DNA of 64,000 nt from Callorhinchus milii. Its lineage: Eukaryota. The stretch is from NCBI RefSeq assembly GCF_018977255.1, contig NW_024704743.1, positions 32,490,001 to 32,554,000 on the forward strand. The letters are read 5' to 3'. Below are positions 54,851-64,000 of the stretch, piece after piece (within the stretch, counting starts at the first letter, position 1; each line of letters starts with the position of its first letter). The notes beneath the pieces are model-generated. The model searched no databases. It was not told the DNA's origin and saw only the letters and a list, made by a program, of their open reading frames with translations. The position numbers and the translations under genes are program-made.

Positions 54851-56106
54851 CCTATGTTGTACTCTTTCCATTCACTCTATTACATACATGTGTTCATTAC
54901 ACTAGCTGCAAGACATGAAGTATTATCTGTTTGTGAATATATCAATATAATTTCCACATCACTTTTAAAATGTTTATTCCATTTAAAGGAATGGCATGAT
55001 TTGATATTGCTAGAGGTAGAATCACTAATATTGCAATTCTATAACCAATTTCAAGCAAAGTAGTGTTCTTGCTAAACTGCCCTGATATAATTTTGCATAC
55101 AGGTAGGTTGATCAGGTTACAAGTTTGCTTGCACCCAACTGCAGACAGATCATCACATCATCATATCCACCACCCCTAAGTGACCCAGGTATCCACCTAG
55201 CTCTGCTGATAACACTCTCACCTCTGAGTCAGATAGTTGGTGATCCAGAATCAGAATAGAGCAAAGGAGAAAAAAAAGGGGGGAATAGATACATATCCTT
55301 TAGTATTTCCCTCATGTTTAAACGCAACAAAAACTGGCGACTCAGCCTCTGAAATCAGGGCGTCAAAATTGAGATATTCTTAAACACAGCAGGTTCCTCA
55401 TTTGCTTTAACATCTCAACCGAAGGCAGCACCTCCAACAATCCAGTACTTCCTCAGCACTACATTGGAATGTAGTGGTAATCATTCTTGCATTTGGTTAA
55501 GCACCTTATCATGTAGGAATGGTGTCTCAAAGAACTTCACAGGATTTACTGTGAAATGGAGTGACTCTGTATTTGTAGGCAAACATTGTAGCACAATAGC
55601 GCACAGCAATATCCTACAAATAGCCATGAAATGAATAAGCAAATTTATTTGGTTATTGTTGGCCAGGTCACCGGGAGAAACTCCTTTCTCGAATAGTCCC
55701 AAAGAAACTTTAACACCCACCTGAACAGGCAGACGGGACCTCAATTATCTCCAATAATGAAACACACCCCTAGCAATGGAATCTATGTGAGTTCAAGTCT
55801 TGATGTGGAACTTCTGACTCAAGAGGCAAGAGTGCTGCTTAAGACACTGTTGTCTTATGAGCTCAAAATTCCAACGTGAAGCTTGAATCTCCAACCTTCT
55901 GACTCAGAGGTGAGAGTGCTATAAAAATGAGCCAGGCTGATAGTTGAATAGTGTATAAACAAGTATAAACTCTGACTAATCTGGTGTCAATACAATGATG
56001 ATGGCAATAATTATTTCTTCACAACTGTCAAGTCAAAATAGACAATGTATGCACCTTCCCTACCATCTCCCCACCCCCCACTCATCCGTCTTTTACTAAC
56101 ATAATA

Positions 56107-56405
56107 ACCCTGTAGCTCAGTGGTTAGAGTACTCGCCTCGCAAGCAAGAGACCTGGGTTTGATTCCTGGCAGGCGAAACCTTGGGCAAGTTTCCTTACTC
56201 CACACGCCTGATAATCCCTCAAGAAAAAAATAAAATTGGTTACTTCAATCCACCACTGTTTATGGGACACTGCTGTGAGCAATTGGCTGCTGCGTTTTGC
56301 CCACAAGTATAGTGAATTCATTTTACAGTATATTCTGTGAAGCACTTTGAGACATCTAGAAGATGTGAAAAATGCTATATCAAATGCAAGGATTATTATT
56401 ATTAT
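56107..56405 (+). mobile_element. Same SINE family, near full length
   Basis: tRNA-like head GTAGCTCAGTGGTTAGAG..., CCTTGGGCAAGTTTCCTTACTCCAC, Deu-like core and (ATT)n tail. Confidence 0.85.
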
Positions 56406-58937
56406 CTTTACATTGTTTATGCTTTCCAGAATTAGGTAAGCAGGATGCCTCTCTCCAGGGAAAGAGCGTGCAATCCATCCCAACAAACAATCCCCAGAAT
56501 TTCCATGTGTAGGTGGGATGCATGGAATTCTCAGTTTGGTTAATCTTAAGCATGCTGATTGGTTTTCACATGTGTCAAGATACCGAACTGAACAAAAATA
56601 GTCAGTTTATTGAATAATTTTCACTGTCAAATTGGGTATTCAATTAACAGAATTTCATGACATCTTTAGTACACCAGAAATTAGCGCAAATGAACATAGC
56701 CATCTTTTTCACGAGCATTACGTAAAACGGGTCAAATAGTGCCCTTATAAGTCAGCATTATCAATGCAAACCTCTCATAAAGACCATTTATATCAGCTGA
56801 CAGATATTTCTGAAGGCCAGCAAATAAATTATCTTCAAGCTGTGCAACATTGTTTTATGATTCAGAACTATCAAATCACTGCAGGTATGCAAACTCAAAC
56901 TGATTATAAAATAATGCAGCTTTCTGGTCGTCATCTTTTTCTATTAAGTCAAAATAAATCAAAATATTATCTTGTATTTAACAAAAAAATCAGAAATGGC
57001 TTCAAATTTTCAATTAAATTAGATATGAATATAAATGTTATCCAATTGAAGAATTCATTAAGTGAATACAAAGGAATTTGTTCTGTACCATAGCTTCAAC
57101 ATTTTGCACCTGTATTTGTCCCTTTCACATAGAATGTCTCAAAACAATTGACAGTTACAATAGGGAGCACTGAGCAGAGACATATTCCTTTGAGGATGTT
57201 GACTAAAGTCATTGTTGAGAGATATGTATTCAATAAGAGTTTTCAAGTCAGGAAGCAGGGGAAAGAAATTTTAAGAGAGCGTTCCAGAGAGCAGAGGCAT
57301 GGTGACATCAAGCTTGGCCACCAATCTAACCAGACTTCTGTCTAACAGTAATGGGACAGAAGGAGTGGTGAACGAGTCATAGACCAGAATTGGAAGACCA
57401 GAGGGTGGGAGGGAAAGAGAATATTTCTGGAGAGATTGCATAGTTAGCGAGAGCGAGATCATGGATGGATTTTAAAGTCAGAGCAAGGAGGTTAAACACC
57501 TCAAACCTGGGATAAGCACATCTAATTTTTCGTAGAGGTAATGTTGCACTCACTCTTCCTTACGATTAAAATAATGGAAAATACGACGAGAAAGCTCTTA
57601 CAATATTAGCATTAAGTTAGATGAATGCCTGCTTGGCACTTTCAGGCTAATTAGTCACAAGTGCTGTCTCCTGAAACGCACGATGGCCCACTTAGCCTTC
57701 CCAAGGGAATGTTCTTGTAAGTGTAAACTGTCACAAGGAAACACATCATAGCATTCATGCCTCAGACTCAAAAAGCTGTCACGTCAATGTACAGTGGGGA
57801 CCATCTCTCACACAACCCCACCCTGATGCTCGAACCTCCTTCCTTCCTACATCTCATCTGACCAAATGTATTCTCAGTGTTTGGGTCTCCTGTGCAGTTA
57901 ACTGTAAAACAAAAGACATAAAACTGCATTTTTGGGGAGAAAAAAANGGCCGATCACAGATGCGGAACAGAAACTTTGCATTTTTCTCTTCAAGGTTCTC
58001 CAGCATCAGCCGACTGCAGACCAGGCCCTGCAGATCCTCAGGAAAAGCTACCTGGTTCCAACCATCCCCATTGTGCTACTGAAGAGGACAACAATATCAT
58101 CAGAATCAATGCAATAACTTAAACCTGGCTGCAATTGCCCATCACATCATTTTTTTTTGCATTGCCCACTTATTTGTTTTTCTTCTTTCCCCCCCCCCCA
58201 AAAAAAAAAGTCACAGAATCATAGCACGTTTTCTATTTATTAACCCCAAAAAAAACTGCAGAGCACAGCCAGTTCCCATTCATTGGGAAGATTCCATCGG
58301 AGGGCAATTTCATTTTGAATTTTTTTTAAAAAAAATGCGGTGGGGGGTGCGGAGTGGGGGGGTGGGGGGGGGGGGGGAGAGCCCTAAATAAAACACGCGC
58401 ACACAACCACACAACATCCATCGCACACAAAACCGCCTTAACAACCACATCCAAACCTCCCTTTTTAGGCAACATTGCAAACACTCACCCAACGCACCCA
58501 CCCACAAAGATGAGGAGAAAGAGAAGAGCCAAACCTGTAACGAAAAGCGTCCCCGAGTAAACGCAAAGGGACCGATGCGGGTGGGGGAGTACCTGCAGGT
58601 GTTGCTGTATTTAGTGGGGGGGGGGGGGGGGGGGGCGAGTGTTGCAGTGGCGGCTGTTACAGTATCTTTAAATCAAAGCCTCTGGTCCCTCTCCCCCCTG
58701 TCTCGCTGCTGCAGGTCGCCGGCTGCTTGTTTGCTGTGCGCGAGCCTGGTCTGCCCCGGTCCGGGTCTGCTCTGCCTGTCCGTCCGGATGATTGACAGCC
58801 GTGACGACACGGCGGCTCCCGGGCCCGGGAGGAGACCCACGCGCAGACACAAGACACAGAGCGGGGGGAGGAGGGAGGGAGGGAGGAGGCGAGGCGCGCG
58901 CGGGGGCGGGGGGCGGGGCGGGGCGGGGCGGGGGCGC

Positions 58938-58962
58938 GCTTCCGGCTTCGCTCCAAATAAGG
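58938..58962. promoter_or_regulatory. ETS site (CCGGAAG, minus, 58945-58939) next to a perfect CArG box CCAAATAAGG (58953-58962)
   Basis: Exact match to the CC(A/T)6GG SRF consensus, 7 nt from an ETS core, inside the CpG island. Confidence 0.6.
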
Positions 58963-59027
58963 TCAAGAAGCGCCCGCGTCACAATCTGGACCCTCGCGCT
59001 CCACCGGCCCGCGGGCGCGCGCGCGCG

Positions 59028-59124
59028 CACACACACACACACACACAACAGGTCCTCATCAGAGAGGGAGTCCTGGCAACAGAGAGAGAGGGAGAGAGGG
59101 AGGGAGAGAGGGAGGAGGAGGAGG
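59028..59124. repeat. (CA)n and (GA)/(GGA)n simple repeats at the upstream edge of the promoter, with a further (TA)n(CA)n at about 59255-59291
   Basis: Directly visible. Confidence 0.85.
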
Positions 59125-59304
59125 ATTTGCTGCCCAAAGATGCTGCTGCACAGAGATGCTCTCACTGCTGGAGGGGGAGGAGGTCCCCTCCGGGAGACTT
59201 GTTATTCTCCGGCGGCGACGTGCGTGGGTTTCGTTTCTAAATAAAGAATATAAATATATATCTATATATATATATACACACACACACACACATGTATATC
59301 ACAA

Positions 59305-61150
59305 TAACAACAACAAGATTACATTTGCACACGGAGGACTTTCTCACGTCGGGAGGAACGTCCCAAGGCGCCGGGCGATCGGCGTTTTTCGGACCCGAGC
59401 GTGTGGGGGGTCCGGGAGGGTGGAGGGTTTGGGGGGGGGGGGGGGGAAGGAGGGAGGTCGGAACCACAGTCGAAGAGCAGGGTTCTTGAGACGGGTCTTG
59501 AAGGTGGCGAGGGAGGGGAGGGAGCGAGGCGGAGGGACTGCGGGATGGAGTTCTAGAGGGTGGGGGCAGAGTGGCTGAGGGCCCACCCGACAATAGTGGG
59601 GCGAGTGAGGTGGGGAACGTGAAGCAGACAGGAGCCCACTGAGCGGAGGGAGCGAACAGGATGGTAGGGGGTTAGGAGGTCGGAGAGGTAGAGGGGAGCA
59701 AGACCGTGGAGGGCTTTGAAGGTGAGGACCAGGATCTTGAACTGTATCCTCTGTGTGATGGGAAGCCAATGGAGTCGGGTGAGGATGGGGGTGATGGGGT
59801 CACGGAGCCTGGTGTGGGAGAGGACACGGGCTGCAGAGTTCTGGATGATCTGCAGTCTGGATGGAGGAGTTGGGGAGGCCGACAAGCAGTGAGTTTGTAT
59901 AGTCGAGCCTCGATGTAAATGAAGGCATGTATGAGGGTTTCGGCGGCCTGTGGTGTGAGACAGTGGTGGAGGCGGGCGACGTTGCGGAGGTGGGGGAAGG
60001 CAGAGTGGGTCATGGCGCAGATGTGGGGTAGAAAGGATAGTTGAGGGTCAAACAAGACCCCAAGGTTCTGGACTGGCTTAGTAAGGTGGGGTGTGCAACC
60101 ATGGATGGTGATACTGTCAGCGCCTGAGGTGAGGAGGCGCTGATGGGAACCAATCATGAGAGCCTCAGTCTTGTTAACGTTCAACTGAGGAAAGTTAGCT
60201 CTCATCCAGGACTTTGCTACGTCCACTCCCACCACTCCCTTCACGGACCCCTCCAATCGGGTTTTCTGCCGGCCACAGCACAGAAACAGTTTTGGTCAAA
60301 GTGACAAATGACATTTTGTCCATCTGCGAACAGGGCTCCCTCTGCCTCCTCATCCTCCTTGACCACTCTGCTGTCTTCGATACCGTTGACCACTCAATCC
60401 TCCACCCCCTCTCCTCTCATCTCTGATGTATGTCAGGACAGCAGTGGTCCTAGAGTCAAGGGTGGAGGCAGAGAGATAGAGTTGGGTGTCATCCGCATAC
60501 ATGTGGAATTTGATCCCATGTCTGTAATAATAATCCTCGCATTTGATATAGTGCTTTTCATGTCGGGAGGACGTCCCAAAGCGCTTCACAGAACACACTG
60601 TAAGTGAATTGACTGTATATTTGTGAGCGAACGCGGCAGCCAATTGCGTACAGCAATGTCCCGCAAACATTGCCCCACAAACAGTCGTAGATTGAAAATG
60701 ACCAATTTTTATTATTGTTTTTGGTTTTGGAGATGATATCACCAAGAGGGAACATATAGATATTGAAGAGAAGGGGAACAACGACAGACCCTGAGGAACG
60801 CCGCACGAGACGGTGCAGGGGCTAGAGGAGAAGCCATTTGCGGAGATGAAGTGGAGGTGGTGTGAGAGGTAGGATCTGAACCAATCAAGGACAGAGCCAT
60901 GAAGGTTAAGATGAGAGGAGAGGCAGTGGAGGAGGATTGAGTGGTCAATGGTATCGAAGACAGCAGAGTGGTCAAGGAGGACGAGGAGGCAGAGGGAGTT
61001 CTGTTCGCAGATGGACAAAATGTCATTTGTAACTTTGACCAAAGCTATTTCTGTGCTGTGGGCTGCAGAAAACCCGATTGGAGGGGTTCTTGAAGGGAGT
61101 GGCGGGAGAGGACGTAGCAAAGCTGGGAAACAACGACTCGTTCCAGGACC
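59305..61150 (-). mobile_element. Decayed L2 LINE (RT domain to 3' tail), interrupted by a SINE (about 60524-60732) and an inverted duplication (60212-60422)
   Basis: RT motifs GF...HSTE.AL.KVTND, LLD.SA.FDT.DHSIL, SCGVPQG, FHMYADDTQLY, SWM..NF.QLN..KTE, NLGVLFD, QNSAARVL and LHWLPI. Frameshifted. Confidence 0.92.
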
Positions 61151-63592
61151 TGTCAGTGTTGAATTTCCACACTGCCCTTTTTACACACATTCAAGTTTCA
61201 GAGGTCAGCATATGGAAGATCTAGCAAAATCCACTACCAAGGTGTTCAAGCAGTCTGGGACACTACCCTGCATGATGGGTTCTATGCAAATGCAAGTTGC
61301 TACTTAAAGCTGTGCATCACTACAGAGCAGTTTGATCGCTTGTTCGTTAAAACCCAGTTCGACTCAGGTCGAACTTGTGTGAGTCATGCCTGTGTTATGA
61401 GGGCAATTTGGCTCCTAGCAAATAGAATATCTTAATTTGCCCCAGGAGTCAAGATCGCTATATCTGCCCGGTCAGTGACATATTACACATAGATTGTACA
61501 ATTTCTAAAAAATATATTTATAGTTTGAAGTTTACAACGATGACAACTTGCATTTATATAGCACCCTTCAAGCAGGTAGCAACTCGGAGTGCTTAACAGT
61601 GGCAGAGTTTATAGTGATGATAGAAAATGTTGTGAAAAGATAATCTGTAATATATTCAATTGATGATTGGTTCATTACATCTAAATATATTTTATGATAG
61701 AATACTGCAATTCCTTATACATTTCACTGTAGCAAATGCTACCAATATAATTTTCCAGTCTCAAATTGTTGTAATACCTTTGAGATTTAAGTAATGCACC
61801 TATGAGGTAATAATAATTCTTGCATTTGACATAAGATCTTATCACATTGTTGAAACACCTTAAAGCGGTTCACAGATTTACTGTAGAGTGTGTATTTTGA
61901 TGGCTTTTGACTGGTGCTAATCTATGCCACGAGTCCAGTGCTATGAAAGTGGAGGAAGGGACTGTACGCATAAATATTACTGGTTTTAATTAAATTTTAA
62001 TAATTAGGGTGTAAAAGAAACAACAATTTAAACAATGATCTAAAAATGCTGAATCAAAAATACAGTGAACCTCAAGAAGGTAAGTGAGTTTTCTTGCCTT
62101 TAGCTGCTAAAGGATATTAAATAATGGAAATCTATCAGTCGTAACCAAATCTACAGTAAGCTGCAACAACAAAAAAGCAGCACTTTTGAAAGATTCGTGA
62201 CTGAGACAATAAAGTTTGGAATTATGATGTGGAGAAAGAATCTGAAACCAGTGTTTGTAAGCTTATTAGAGTCAATTAAGGGGAGCCTGTTATTACTTTG
62301 GACCTAGGATTCTTGAAGTCACTCAAAGACTATTTTGAATATCAAATGAAAATATTAATATTATAAGTTACAATAGACCATGCCAGGATTAATGTTACAT
62401 TAAATTTTATAATAATATTTAACAGGCTATCTAATTTGAATATCTTGGTCCTTGATATCTAATTTTAATATTAGCCATCCATTGGAACTTGGATACATAA
62501 CTACTATATCTAGTCGTACTTGAACTATTTTCGAACTTGATCAATAGTTATTAACATGGATGAAGAATTGGAAATAATCTAAATTTAATTTAATTCCTCA
62601 TTTACCATACCACAGAACCATAAACATTTACAGTGCAGAAGAAGGCCAATTGATCCATCATGTTTGTGTTGGCAATCCTTTTAGCTCCATTTACCTGCCC
62701 TTTCCCCATACCTCTGTTCTTTACAATTGAATGGAAGTGCAAAGAAAATATATGCTTGAGCCTGACATATCCAATGACCACTGCTTTTCAGAATACACCA
62801 GTGCAAATATTAAGGCCACTGAACCTTAGTTATGTGGCAAATCAACCCCATTGAACCTTAATTACAGGAGGCAACTTGTGTTTGTTTGCTCTTCTTGGTT
62901 TTCATTAGGGGGTTTCGTCACATATAGATGACTTCACTGGCTCCCCATCCTCCATAGAATCATGTTCAAGATCCTTGTCCTCAACTTAAAGCCCGCCACA
63001 ATCTTGCTCCCCCCAAACTGCACACCTATTAAAACTTCACCAAACTGTCCACTCCCTCTGCTCTGCAGGCATTGGTTTGCTCCACCCCTCTCTGATTCCA
63101 ACCCACAGCTCATGTACAAACTCCTCATCGTCCAGTGCCTTGGGAAGTCCTCTGAACATGAAAGATGCTATATGAATGAAATTTGTTGTTTATAGTAATA
63201 CAGCAAGGAGTATGAGACAAGACCAAGTCATCATGGTATCAGAAGGATGGAATTTGCCTGACTTAACATCACAAATTTGATCAGTTTATCTAACCTACCC
63301 ATACAATTTCCCAAAAGATTACTTTACGAGTTAGAGTAAAAGAAAGCATAAACTACCTCTATGATCCATGATTAAAATGTCATGTGTTGAAAGCAGTATA
63401 TGTACCAATTTTAAACATTCAAGAAGACTTTCTATATGCTGGTTAAACATCTCCGAGAAGAGATGAACAACAACACTCAAGGTTAACTCAAATAGAATCC
63501 TAAAGACCCTTTTATAATCCTTATAATATTTTGTACAAAATAATTTTAAATATTTACATTTAAAAAGGTTACAGATAAAATTATTAGTGATA

Positions 63593-64000
63593 TAAACAAC
63601 AAGATTACATTTGTATAGTGCCTTTCACGTCAGAAGGACGTCCCAAGGCGCTGGACAGTGTACAGAATTTCAGACCCGGGCTAGGGATAGAGAGGGAGAA
63701 GGGAGGGGAGGGGAAGGGGGGTTAACCGATATCATGGTCAAAGAGGAGGGTTTTGAGGCGGGACTTGAAGGAGGCTAAGGAGGGAGCGAGGCAGAGTGAT
63801 TGGGGCATGGAATTTCAGAGGTTGGGGGCAGAATGGCTGAAGGCTCTCCCGCCAATGGCGGGGCGGGTGGGTCGAGGGACGTGGAGCAGGCCAGAGGCGG
63901 CTGAGCGGAGGGAGCGCGCGGGTTGGTAGGGGGTTAGGAGGTCGCAGAGGTAGGGTGGGACGAGGCCATGGAGGGCTTTGTAGGTGAGGACCAGGATCTG
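63593..64000 (-). mobile_element. L2 LINE 3' end, continuing past the window
   Basis: Same L2 C-terminus and tail as 5341-6235 and 59305-59770, on the reverse strand. Confidence 0.88.

Larger units (their letters stand above)
58550..59230 (-). promoter_or_regulatory. CAP2: CpG island, the likely CAP2 promoter and non-coding first exon
   Basis: The only strongly GC- and CpG-rich unique stretch, about 16 kb upstream of the first coding exon. Tandem GC boxes at about 58902-58935. Candidate minus-strand donors CAG|gtactc (exon end 58593) and TGG|gtgagt (exon end 58489). Confidence 0.8.

Noticed and set aside
57947..57947. Single N base
   Set aside because: Assembly ambiguity next to a homopolymer. 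It does suggest caution about local base accuracy near 57.9-58.1 kb.
58575..59244. Several 100-220 aa Gly/Arg/Pro-rich ORFs
   Set aside because: Expected from stop-poor GC-rich CpG-island and microsatellite sequence. No recognisable domain.
60350..61120. 256-aa ORF with RT motifs
   Set aside because: A chimeric read-through of frameshifted L2, SINE and the inverted copy. Not an intact RT.

Overview
This is eukaryotic, repeat-rich vertebrate DNA. The mix of L2 and CR1 LINE fragments with tRNA-derived Deu-type SINEs points to a cartilaginous fish, possibly a holocephalan (inference). The window holds the 5' half of an adenylyl cyclase-associated protein gene on the minus strand, most likely CAP2. 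It has a CpG-island promoter at about 58.6-59.2 kb and five coding exons with canonical GT-AG sites and compatible phases (42554-42440, 39566-39466, 17534-17457, 4719-4576, 2422-2337). The remaining exons lie left of the window. Almost all ORFs in the supplied track are spurious or are LINE remnants. The main unexplained structures are: (1) a 1.79-kb non-autonomous LTR element with a tRNA-Ser PBS, ATAT target-site duplication and a long antisense open frame, just upstream of the first coding exon; (2) two candidate alternative exons that would give CAP2 new N-termini, one with an MGxxxT myristoylation-like motif; (3) an ETS+CArG (SRE-like) module and a PBX/PREP decamer in the promoter; (4) a locally templated inverted duplication inside a decayed L2; (5) a minisatellite apparently born from a SINE head; (6) a probable distal branch point before the last visible exon. 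Repeat boundaries are approximate, read by eye. No clearly novel multi-gene system is supported.
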